Shown piece after piece: positions 34,277 through 49,479 of a DNA stretch of 64,000 nt. Each line of letters opens with the position of its first letter. The first letter of the stretch is position 1. Both the position numbers and the translations under genes were made by a program. A model generated the notes under the pieces. It worked only from the letters and a program-made list of their open reading frames with translations, was not told the DNA's origin and searched no databases. This stretch comes from the human T2T-CHM13v2.0 reference genome, Homo sapiens: assembly GCF_009914755.1 (NCBI RefSeq), contig NC_060946.1; one strand, given 5' to 3'.

Positions 34277-36341
34277 CTAAAGAACAAATATGGTCAGAAA
34301 CAGACACGATGCCTAATTCTAAATGTTTTGTACCAAATAGCTACAGTTACTCTATGAGTTATTCTCTGGTTACACTTTAAATATTCACATGTACTTTTAT
34401 CACTAAGTTGACCTGGTATGAGTTTTTTTTATTAGAAACGAGGTTTTATACGCCAACAGTGAATATCTTAGGCTGTGAACATGGCGATGCATGTAGGTGA
34501 GGTGGCTGTATCTTCACCTCAATGTGTAACAGCCTTTTTTGAGGGGATTTAATTCCAGTTCAACTTTAGTTTGTAAGTTCTCCTTCTTATAATCCCATCT
34601 GAATTTCTCATTCTCATTCACCTCCAATCACCTCCTCACTTTTCACCAATCCTAGTTGTCTTTCCTGCCCAAGAGTTAGGGCCAAGTAGCAGAAGACATC
34701 AAGCAAGGGCTGCATCCCGTGTGATGATGGATATGGGCTCAGGCAGTCAGCCTCACATAGTGGCAGAACTCTGGAGGGTGGGGAATACTTCCAGGGCTAT
34801 TATGTCTGTTCTCTTCTTTGACTGGGAGTCTCTGCTCTTTGTCCACTGCTATCTCCTTCTGGCTCCAAGCAGGATTTGCTTCCCCCTTGATCCACACTAC
34901 TAGTACAGTCTCATTCCCACAAAAACAAAAAGTGACAAACACTAACATAAAAAGCCTCCCTCTGTGAGTTCTTCCACATTTTCCTGCCTCCATCGAAATA
35001 ACAAAAGAATATTCTTCACAAAGCTCATCCTGAGAAGACTCTAAAACTAGTCTCAAGGGAACTCCTCATTCACATGGATGCTCGTGAGAGTCAATAGCCC
35101 GAATCTCAATCTCTCTGCATGTTGTGGGTATGAATGCATGTATATGTGTGTCCATATATACATCTATACATGTGTAATTGTATTTCTGTTCATATGTTGC
35201 ATTGGCCAGTCTACCAGAAGACACTCTTTCAATTCACACACACGGCAGTGCTGAAGAACTTAAAACATACATAGTAAGACAACATGTAACTCCCAGACTT
35301 AACGTTTTCAGTGAAAAACAGTTCCAATTAACTTTCAACATGTAAACTGCTTGAACCTTACAGAATTCAGGTGCATTTGGTTAGTTAGAATCTGCCATGC
35401 CATTTTCCCTACACATCATACTTTATATAATTGTAGCACACATTTTACATCTATCCAAGACTCAGTGACTCAAGATTTAACTGAATTCTCTACCACTGAA
35501 GCTGACCAATGTGTGACAGCCTTTTGAGGGTAAATTTCTTTTCAATTCAACTCCACTGTGCAGGTGGTCAGCCTGCTAATCCCATTAAGGGCTGACTTCC
35601 TGAATGCCTCCGTCACCTCCATCCTTCACCCATCATGCTAGTCTTTGCTGTCCATGAGACATAGGAAAGTAGCTGCATAGCTGCAGGCCTAAGAAAGCGC
35701 TGCATCCTGTGAGGTGGTGGGTTTGGGGTTGGGTCTGGGCACCAGCCTCACATGTGGACCGAGCTCTGGAGGGTGAGGGACAAGTCCACATTCCATTAGT
35801 TCTGTTCTTTTCAGCCCAAAGCTTCACTGCTCCTTGTTGGCCACTATCTCCTCTGTGTTGCAAATAGGATTCCCTCCTGCCTTGGGCCAATCTGGCAGGG
35901 TCTCAACTCAGGAAATCTGAGTCCCATAAAAAAACTGCTTACTAGAAACTAAGAGTGACAAATACACTAACAGGAAGAAGCAACTCTCCTATTACTTGCT
36001 CCTCTTTATACAATTTCATCAAAGAAGGATGCAAAGTTACAAAAAAATGCTACAATGAGACGAGTTGGAAACTCTGTTAAAAAAAAAAAAAAATCTATAT
36101 GGCCATGCAGGCTCCTGAGAGTAAATTCCACAAATGTCCATCAGTTTCCTTTCTCCTTATTTTAGGTTTCCATCCTGTGCATGGATTAGTTTGTGTAGTT
36201 TGCGTGGTGAAGAGAAGCGTGGATGGATAGACGGATGAATGGATGGATTGATGGATATATTTGCTCATGTGCCGGTGTGTGTGTATAGTTCTATGCACAC
36301 TTATGCTGATGGGTGACTTTATTTAACTGTCTATTACTCAC

Positions 36342-38552
<2,211 letters not shown>

Positions 38553-38939
38553 ACCATACTGTTCTGCCATACATACAGATACTCATTAAAGATGAGGGAG
38601 AAGGGCATGGGGTGGGGGAGAATGTTCCAAAACCAAAGACCACAGGATAATAACCTCAGAGCAGACTCTCCAGTTATTTTTTCTTTTGTATGTAATGGAG
38701 GGGATTCTTACTATTTACTCTGATATAGAAGTTTACATCAAGTGTTCAGCTTCCTTTGTGGGTTAGAGAGAATAACCAGAGGGCTCAGTTATCCTCTCTG
38801 AATAACTATGTTTGTTTAGTGTTTTCTAGACAATATTAAATTTCACTAAAATAGACAAGGTTGATAGGACTTGGGGGGATAACTCATTGACTCAAGCTAT
38901 CATTTTATAGGATTGTGAGAAAACAAAGTTGTACATTTA

Positions 38940-39925
38940 AAATACATTCATATTCTAGCTAGAAGAGAGGATTTTGAATATTCTTACATCAAAGACATGG
39001 TAAATGTTTAAGGCAATGGATATGCTAATTACCATGATTTGATCATTATGCAATGTAAAATGTACTGAAACATCACATTGTACCTCATAAATATGTACAA
39101 TTTATTATGTGTCAACTAAAATTTTGAGTATAAGAAAAAATAAACTTCAATTGTAAGAAAACAACCCAACTTTTAAAAAATGGGCAAAATATGTGAACAG
39201 ATACTTCACTAATAAAGATTTGCAACTGGCAAATAAGCAAATGAAAAAATGGTCATCATCACTAGCTATTAGAGAAATGCAGATTAAAACTATAATAAGA
39301 AACCACTAGATACCTATTAGAATGTCTAAAATTAGAAAGATGGCGTGTTGACAAAGATAGAAACTGAAACTCTTATACAATGCCAGGAATGTAAAGTGCT
39401 AGATCCACTTTGGAAAACAGTTTGACCGTTTCTTAAGAAGTTAATTAGGTCTTCCAGTTCCTACTCCAACACGTAGAGAACTTGGAAGTCATCACTCCCA
39501 TCTTCACAACGGAAAAAAAGATAAACTGAAAATCAACAACTTTTCTTAGATCTGTCCGAGAATAGAGGTCACAGGGAAACCACCTCCTCAAAAACTAGAG
39601 AGATGGGTGACTATAGAAAATCACAGTTTACCTGAGAGCAGAAGCCACAGAGCCAGTAATTGGTAGGAACACTTCAATGGTAATCAATAAATTTACTGGT
39701 GGCTGAGTGTGGACTAGCTTGAGAGTTAAAAACTTGTTGGAGTCCCGTCTTGGGGGCCCCTTATACTTTCATGAATTTTACTTCCAGAAACCCCACCAGG
39801 TTCTCACGATGAAGGCTGAAGAAAATTTCCTCAGGCTCTTTACACAAGGAAAAGGGAAAAGCAACCATTTCAAAATATACCGTAATTGGAGGATAGAGAG
39901 AGTGGGTATAGCAACCATTTTGAAA
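38940..39925 (+). mobile_element. Old L1M fragments
   Basis: L1 3'-end-like segment, ORF2-end segment (aaatgggcaaaatatgtgaacagatacttcact) and L1M 5'-like segment from about 39447. Confidence 0.65.
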
Positions 39926-41937
39926 TGGTACCTAATTCAATTGCTTCACTTTTAACTAATATATAGGGCATCCTGTTAAACGTGCTTGTTAATTAAATCA
40001 CTGGCATTTTATCCAGTCAGTACACTTATTAAATCAGAATTTCATCCAGTTAAAATCCAGTTTAAATCAGTGCTTTACCGACTTAAATCTAAAATGTCAA
40101 GTTTTAGGTCAGAAATTGTTAAATTCAGCTGAATACATTTTAAATGCCACTAAAATGCACATGTGGATGCCATCAGCAGCCTCCCTAAATCTAAAGACTA
40201 TAAGAACTGTGAAGATTAAGATGAAAACATTAAAACACTTTAGTAAACTAAAATATTTTAAATCCAGTGTATACAAAACAATTTAAAATCTGTTTCATAT
40301 ACAAACAAATCTGCATCCAATCTAAGTGCCCAAACACCCCCTTAGAGATTTTGCACATACAGAGGTCAACAAAATGAGCACAGAAATACAGAAACTTTTC
40401 CTAAAATCCCCATTCAAGAAATACTTAACACCTCAGAATGGTCACTCATTTTGGCCACGGGAACCCTGATATATTTTGGTTCACTGGATATTCGAAACCT
40501 CAATCCACTGTTCAAATCCCGGCTTGCTTTCCACAACTTTCTGCCTTCAACAAGCACTGGGTGGGGCTTCCTAGTCCAAACAACAAATAGGGAAAGACAT
40601 ACACAAAGCTCCTTTGTGAATGTATAGATTTAAAATAAAATCCTCAACAGGGCTGTTTCAACATGGCTTAGTCTTTCATCAGAAAATGGGTCCTCTGATT
40701 TTTTTAATCTACCTTTCACATCATGCACTGGCCAGGTGGAAAATTACTTTATTTAGCTCTGCTGCTTCTGGTTTAGAAGCTAATTTTCACTCCTGGAGAA
40801 GAATTAACTTCTAAAGCCAATACCCTCTGCCTTTATGGCAAACATTGGATAGGCATTGTTTCTAAATAGTCCCAACTACTTAAAACTTAAGTCAGTTAAT
40901 TCCACCCAAGAAAACCAAAAGGGATGCAAACTACTCCCAGCAAAGTAACCTTAAAAAACAAAAGCATACTTTACTTTCCTCCCTCTCTCTACTTCCTTAA
41001 AGAGCAAGGAAGGCCTGTAGGCTCAGAGAAGCCAAGGAAACATCTCCTCCTTTACACTCCGAAATAGAAATTCTCATACTCCTTGTTATCTTTAGTTTTG
41101 AATAAACTAGATCTTTAACATTAAGCTTTTCTAAATAAGACTGAAGATCAAGGATTAGGGTAAAGGAAAGAATGTCCTGAAGTCTCTTCTTTGTTGCTAT
41201 CACAATGGAGGATCAACACATGGGCTGGTGACCAGCTTGGTGTGATATAATAGAACACTCCAGAGACCCGAGTTCTAGTCACAACCTTCAAGTTGTCACT
41301 GCCACATACCACATCTTTCTATTATCTATTTAACGCAGTTGGTTAAACTATAGGATGGCCTTTACAGTTCCAATATTCTGTGGTTCTGGGGATAGATCTA
41401 CACACTGAAAAGAATATTCAATTACTCTGCTAATCAGAATGTGAAGTGACTTAGGTTTCTATACATAGAAGCTTAAGTTTCATTTGCTTATTCAACAAGT
41501 ATTTACTGAATGCTAGCGTCCCAGGCAAGGTTTTAACTGAATAACAGCACATACCCTAGAAAAACAGTTAACAAATGCTGACAACGCTGTTTTCCCTGGC
41601 CAAGAACAAAGACTCATTTATTTGAGGCCCTTCCTACTTGCAGATGCTAAAATACGCTTATTTTTTAAAAAATCAAATAGTGGCAATATGCAATAGTGGA
41701 GTTTTTTGGGTTTTTTTTAATGTCCTTATTTAGCAAAATCAAAGTTAGGTGAGAATTTGAAAAAAAAAAAAACAAAAACTAAGTTAGTCCCTACCTCAGC
41801 TCTCAACATTATTACTGTATTTTAGAAACTTGACTAATATGTGAAACTGTAATTTTGGGGAACTCCACTTCTCTACTGACATCCTTTCCAAAAAGAGACA
41901 CCAGCTCTACAGTCTCGGGATTAGAAATATGATGTGA

Positions 41938-42228
41938 GGCCGGGCATAGTGGCTCACACCTGTACTCCCAATGCTTTGGGAAGCCGAAGTGGGTGGATCA
42001 CTTGAGGTCAGGAGTTGGAGACCAGCCTGACCAACATGGTGAAACCCCTTATCTGCTAAAAATACAAAAATTAGCTGGGCATGGTAATACACACCTGTAA
42101 TCCCAGCTACTTGGGAATCACTTGAACCCAGGAGGTGGAGGTTGCAGTGAGCCAAGATCGCGCCACTGCATTCCAGCCTGGGCAACAGAGCGAGACTTTG
42201 ACTCCCCCCTCTTGCCCAAAAAAAAAGA
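41938..42228 (+). mobile_element. AluS
   Basis: Alu dimer with small deletion; flanked by agaaatatgatg. Confidence 0.9.
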
Positions 42229-45200
42229 AATATGATGGAGTGTTATTTCCCACTCAGGGAAACAGCATAACTTAGTTACTGAAAATATTTATTAACAGAC
42301 AGATGTTTTGGTTCCAATTCTCAATTATCTGGGTTAAAGAAGTTACCATCAGTCTCCACACAAGACCTTGTAGGATTATTTCTCTGCAGTGAAGGACAAT
42401 GAAGGAGGTTCAGTGGGAAACGATCTTAGGACAGAGGAAGTTTCCACTTTGCCTGGGAGGGTGAACAGCCTGGGAGACCTGGAGATGAGGGCAGGCATTC
42501 TAGGCCAAGGGGTCTTCTTGTGTGGTCAGATGGGGAAGGAAACCCTCCTGGCAAAACAGCAGCAATTCTTTCTCCAGGAAAGCTTCTGAGACTGACTCTA
42601 ATAGTCAATTGTGATCAACTGTCCTAGGCTCCCAGGGCCACAGCAATCCTTAGGCACCCCAAATGTGCCATCCCTGACTACCCAGCACACCCTAACCCCA
42701 AAGCATTGTGACAGCTCAAGGATGACTTCCTCTGAAAACCTCTGTCCAGATCTAAAACCATCCTGTTTGTTTGCTTGTAACTGTCTTTTTCTAAAAGTAA
42801 CACCTCAGGATGGAGACTCTGTTGCCTTGTCCACTGCTGCCCCCAATGCCTGGAACAAGGTGCCTGACACAGGAGTAGGCACGCGACACATAGCTGGTGA
42901 ATAAACGTCACGGAATTAGCACACGTGTAGAATCAGTACGCACATGTTTGGCCACAGTCACTAAACGTAACTGATCAGAAATTAAAATTAAGTTGCATGT
43001 TCATCAAAACTTCTACATGGCTATCAGTGACTGCCATCTAATTGCCATTCTGCAACTTCAAGAGTACAATTTCAAGAGCGTAATAAAAAAATCATATTTA
43101 ATCACACCATAAAGTTCATCAGCACAAGCAAAACAAAAACTGCACTATTTGGATTTATACTCACTCTCCTTACGACCCTCCAAAACAAAAATGCTGGGCA
43201 TCCTAGGGCTATCTCTGACAGCAAATGCCTTCAGCTCTTGACTTAGAAACTGCTAACATACTAGACAAAACACTTTCCTTAAACTCTAAGACAATGAATA
43301 ATACTTTAAACCAGGTTTACATCGCTTAAAACCAATTCGCTCATCAGTAATCGTTAAAGTGGTTGTAACAATAAAGATGTTAATAACAGAATACAGCAAA
43401 ATAGAAATTCTAATCTACTAACAGCAAATCACCATTCCAATTGAATGGTGTGTGTGCACAAACACAAGCCTTCCCAGAAGCCTCCAGCTCTCCACACTCC
43501 TGCACACAGAAGGCAGCAGTAAACCGATGGCACTGCTGTTAAAGTAAATTGTCTTTCTCAACAAAGAACTGGAGGGGAAAAGGAGGATATTATAATCCAA
43601 GACTATAATCTAAATGCTTCTAGCTTGCAAGAAAGTGAGCATTACGAACACGCTAAGCTTACTGACAAGTACTTCACAAAAATGGTTTCCAATGTTTAAA
43701 AACATTTTAAAATCTTTACTCAGGTAAACGACAGAACTTAACTCATATACCCCCTAACACCTAAGGCAAGTGGGCTATTGAGTATAGCCATATTTTGAAA
43801 GAAACTTCTATTGGGATTATTTCAGTAGATACTTTTAAAATTTACCAGAGCATAATCTTTGAAACCCAGTGGGAACCACACTGCTACAAAAGGCTGGAAT
43901 AGAAGTGTGATGTTCTTTAGGTCACTAATTACACACTGATTTGTGACTAAAGCTACCATGAATTCTACCACTACCTGTAGATCTTGAAATCAGCAAATAG
44001 GACACATTATACACTGCTTAATAAAAAGCACAGTAATCTGTGCTTAAGTACAACTAACTAGGTACAACAGCCACTTTGCTGACAATTACTGTAACTTGGG
44101 AATATTTTTCTTTACATCCTGATGTACTCAAACTGTTAACTTTTAGAAACAGCACAGCCTCTTTGTTTCTTCTGCTTAATAGGTTATCTTACACTGTTGA
44201 TATGGAATATGTATCTACCATAATACAAAGCAATAAGGTATTCAAAGTCCTCAAAAACACAGAAAAATTATATTTATACACAATTTGTCATACTGCTAAC
44301 AAAGCTACTTTTTCCCAAGTTACTGAGGTGTCCAAATAAGGAGTTATTAAAAAATTCAACTTAAATTGCTATTCTCTGGCCAATGCATTTGTACCCTGAA
44401 AACTACAAAATTATCTCCAAGACCTGGCTAGAAGTTTACATTTTCTCTGAAAGTTTTTCCTCTGTCTTTTACACACAGTATTTTTTCTTAATCTGACAAG
44501 TGGAGAAAACTCTGCATAGCCATCTACTAACAATCAAAAAGCTACAGGTTTTTTTATTTTTTATTTTTAATGCTCTAAATTCTTCAACACTGTTTCAAGG
44601 AAATTACTAGGGGTCACACCCACGAGGCTAAATGGTCAACCCAACTTTCCTAATTTAGCTGTGGAAAGATGCTTCCAAGTTAAGCGAAAGAAAAAGATTG
44701 GAATATTCAAAGTTTATATTTAAGGTTACAACCTAAACTCTTCAACTTGGGAAGCTTGTAAAGGAAATAATTTCATTTTGCTGAAATTGTTCATAAATTA
44801 CCAATTTTAAATAGGATTAGAGACCAAAGTACTATAAAAATATAATCATATAGCATATTTGAGTGTCATTAACTAGAAACTGCCTGAATTCATCCTAAAT
44901 CAGTTAAGGTCAGTTAAGGGATCTTAGTAAGAACTTAAAGTATAACATACTAGTTTTAGTTTCAATATTAACAGATACTGTCATCTGCAAAGTGGTTTTT
45001 AAAAACATCCTGATCTGAAAAAAAGTTATAAGGAAAGTGAATTTTTAAAAACTTTAAGCAAGACTAAGCATTGCTATCCATTTCTCCTATTACTACTACT
45101 TAACCAGTACAACCTTAAATATCTGTAAAAATTTGACAGGCCTAACTGCACCAAAAAAAAAAGATTTCAGCAAATTAATTAACTGTTAATAAACTGTTCT

Positions 45201-48200
45201 ATCTTTACCTGCACTAACTCTCTGCAATGAAAACACTGAACGTGTGTATACACACATCTATCTATATATATATACACACACAAATAACTATACCCACTAC
45301 TAGACCAGTACACCATACCACTTTTTCCAATGAGCGCTCTGAATTAAACACAATTCAAGTAACCTAGCTAAATACAAGCTTAGGCAATGCCTTTTAAGGC
45401 ATAAGATCATTCTTCTGCAAGATTTAAATATTCCCCTCCCCATCCTATCTTTTGCTGACTACATACTAAAGTTGTATATCTGGCTCTTTCCAGTCACCTG
45501 TTTGCTTTCAAAATCAAGGGGGAAAGTCTCCTTTCAATTAATAATACAATCATTGTTCAGTCGATTTATAAACTGAAGAAAAACTCTATATTGATTACAA
45601 AAGAAAGAAACACTTCTTCAGTATAACTGAGATGCTTTATGTTATCCTTATTTGATAGAGGTAGAAGTAAAAGTAACTATTATTCCTAATGCTGATTCAA
45701 GAAATGTCTAGAGTCTACATTTCCAGTCCATTTAACTACATTTTAAATTCCAAAGGTTTCCAGACACACCAGAAAATAATGGAACACCAATACAGAAACA
45801 CTACACGAGTCTGTTAAAAACCTAGCTTCTGAGTCTGGGGGAGCTTTTCTATAGGAAGTACAGTCATGTGGAGGTCAGAAACAAGTTTTGTAAAGCTTAA
45901 TAAGAACAAAGGCTAAGTAAGGAATCCAACTAACTCTCTCATACAACTTCTTCAGCTGCCTTTTCAGGTTTAGTAATTTTACTTCTCAACTTTATCATAA
46001 AATTACCAAACTGTCCCCAAATTTCCAGTAACTCAATTATGCTGATACCCTGGGCAGGAAGTAATGGAGATGTTCAGAACAGTCAGTCAACAAATGTTCA
46101 AATGGAAAGCATTCCAACATTAAATATAAAAGGGTAATATGTGGCGGCAGCTGGCTAGCGGGGGCTTCCCCCCTATTTATCTGGAAGATAGATGTGTACA
46201 ATAATTGAGCATGTCATCGTAAGCTGCAGATTTTAGGAAAGAATGGTCCCTGTTCTTCCACTTTCTTAAAGTCAGATTTCTATCTCTCTTCGTGGTCTAA
46301 ATTCAAAAACCTTTGCCCCAGATACCACTGCAAATTTGTCTGTTATTACTGGTTGGGGAAAAATAACCCAGTTCACCTTACTCCAAAAACATGAGCATTT
46401 CAGAAAAGTTTTTATACTGCCTCTAAAATGAGGCCATTAAGTGATATTCAATAATCAGGCTTCCTTCACCCGAATTCAAGAAATTTCCTGCCGTCTTTGT
46501 GTAATAAACTTTTTTCTTCCATGTGCATTTTAATTTTAACACCCCTCCCCGCCGCAGAATCTGGAAAAGAGGTGTGCGGATCAAGACCCCTCCACCCGCC
46601 ATTGTCTCAAGTTTAATTTACATGCTGTAACCAAACCCTTCACTCTTTCGAATATTTAACAAGATTGAGATTCCTTTAATTCCATGTTGGTAGCTGTTCT
46701 GTAAATACCTTTCAGGTTTTTATTTTTTAATATCCCAGTAATCTAAAAACTATTCTGTTGTTAGATTTCAATTGAAGGAACTGGATTTAAAATCTTATTA
46801 CGTTTATTTTATTAGTGGAATACTCAGTTTATGCAACTGTCTCATGTTTTTCATTCCTACTTTCTAATTCTAAGGCTTGAAAACAGCCATTGCTCAGTCC
46901 TTCAGCTTCACCTTCCCAATTCATTCATTAAACATTCTGCTCAGGGATTAAACTGAAATGGGAAATTAGGAAAGAACCATTTAAAACAAATCATACCCAG
47001 CAACCTCAAAATCTATAACATACAGGCCATATGGGCATACAGGAGATGGGACAATTTGAATTTTTTTTTTTAAGCAAATGGAAACAAAGCTTCATATAAA
47101 ACATAAAAAGGGTCCAATCATTTACTTTCAAATAGAGTCAGCTAAAAGTAGCTCCTTTTTTAAAGTGGCATCTTTCAGGCAGTCAAGAGTCATTAAAACT
47201 ACTCCAAAGTTCTTATCAACCAATATCATGTTTGTGACAACTGTGAGAAAAGAATGTAATTTTATAAAGTGGGAAAACAGCACATCTTTTGGGACCCCTG
47301 AGGCTCTAATCAGGCATCTCAGAATTAAGAGTGCTCCAGGGTTGGGAAATGGCTACCCTGCTGTGGCGAAAACATGCCATTTCATAATAAACGTTGTTAA
47401 GAGAGAAAAAAGTGATAAGCATGTACCTGCAATGAGGAGATAGAACGACTTAGTCATTGCCAGGCCATTATATTCCTTAATTATTTCATCAGTCTATAAG
47501 TGACTTGATGATTAAGTCTTATTTTCAGATTTCCTCCAAAACAAGTCCACTGGAAGGGGATTAGGGGCTCCTACTCCTCCCTGAACTTTTCCTGCCAAAA
47601 ATGGAGGCTCACAAAGAAAATGCAAATCTACCCCCACCTTAAAAAAGTAAAGGCAGTCAAAGTCAAAACCTTCACTGCTCCTCCTTCCTCCCCTACTACG
47701 TGGAAAAAAATTTTGACCTGTTACCAAAATAGATTCCTCAGGGTAAAGGGGAGAAAAGTTTTCTACAAATTTTTTCTAAGTGGTGTATTAGTTCCTTTTT
47801 TTGAGTAAGAAGTGAAAGGGAATAGGAACCCAACACAACTGCTAAACTTCGATCTCACAAGTTATTAAAAAACAGCAAAGGTCAAACTGCAAAGCGTTAG
47901 AAAAATGTGAAGACAAAAGGATTAAAAGAGTGGGACACTAAAGAAAAAAGTGTGTGTCCTTCACCAATAAAAGTCGTATCTTGTCCTCTACTTCCTCCTT
48001 CTGTAGGCAAATAAAGACAATTCTAAAGGACTAGCTTTCCTCATCATGCCAAATAATTAAAATTCCAAACAGATTATTAATCCTATTCTAACAATTAAAA
48101 TAAATGATAAATCTGCCTTGTAACTACTGACAACTGTATTTTAAATAACTTACGGCCTCTTGAATTTAAATATAACCGATTAAAAATGGCAGCAACATCA

Positions 48201-48828
48201 GGGTTAAGAAACAAAATGAAACACTATTAGTCTCCAGAATATTGAACAAAACAATATCTAAAATAAATATGACTTCTCAGAAGGAAAAAAGTTATCTACC
48301 ATTAAGGACATACCTTAAAAGTTCTTAGCACACATTAAGTAAGCACAAACTAGTGGCTTGCCTGTTATATTTTCAGACAAAAAGCAATGAGGTTATTCCT
48401 CTGCACTTGTCACTGCAGACACATAAAGGCTTTTAGAAACTACATCTATTACTCATTGTCTAAGTATCATAAAACTTAGCATTTTAAGTCTTGTTTGATA
48501 TCAATCAAGAAAGAACATCCACTTCAGGGGAAAGAAGTACAGTAAAATAAGAACATTGTAAATGTCCCTCTTGACATATACAAAAGAGAAGGTAAAAGGC
48601 CTCCTAAGACCCCTACCTAGTGGCCAGGCCTGGACGGCAGCTGTTGCTACCTCACCTTTTCTTTTGTTGAGCTTAATCTCATGTCAAGTCATTCAACCAA
48701 CTCAAAAGCGATGAAGACATTATTGAATCAATCTGAACTAAATCAGACCTAGGCTTCTTAAAACATACAGCTTAATGCTTCCAAACGATCTAGAAAACTA
48801 AGAAACCTAGCTACGCTGTAGGACACAC

Positions 48829-49180
48829 TTTCATATGCGTCCGTGTGAAGAGACCACCAAACAGGCTTTGTGTGAGCAACATGGCTGTTTATTTCACCTG
48901 GGTGCAGGCGGGCTGAGTCCGAAAAGAGTCAGCAAAGGGAGATGGGGTGGGGCCATTTTATAGGATTTGGGAAGGTAATGGAAAATTACAGTCAAAGGGG
49001 GTTGTTCTCTGGTGGGCAGGGGTGGATCTCACAAAGTACATTCTCAAGGGTGGGGAGAATTACAAACAACCTTCTTAAGGGTTGGGGTCACGGCACCAAA
49101 TTTCATACACGTCCGTGTGAAGAGACCACCAAACAAGCTTTGTGTGAGCAATGGCCTGGCCTGGGCTCAGAGGCCTGACA
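48829..49180 (-). mobile_element. HERV-H/LTR7 remnant (two deleted LTRs plus tRNA-His PBS)
   Basis: Minus strand starts TGTCAGGCCTCTGAGCCCAG and ends GGACGCATATGAAA; internal TTTGGTGCCGTGACC; 5-bp TSD cacac at 48824-48828 and 49181-49185. Confidence 0.92.
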
Positions 49181-49479
49181 CACACAGTGGCCAATTATAC
49201 AGGACCCCCAAACTGGCCAGTGGACCACTGCAACCGCCATTTACTTTCTCCGCTGCAAGCACCATAGGCTGATTCAGGAAGATAAACTGAGGCTCAAGGA
49301 ATTTCGAAGTGGAACAATACACCAAAGCCTTAAACCTGAAATGACTATCCTTTTCTGGGGGGTGGGGGGGAAAGAAAAAGAAAAAAAAGTTTCTGGGGCT
49401 CTCAGGGTGGCCCAGATGCCAGGGTCCCAGAAGTGGCCTTTTCTAGCTCCTGTAACTAAACCTGGCGGAAAACTCCCCG

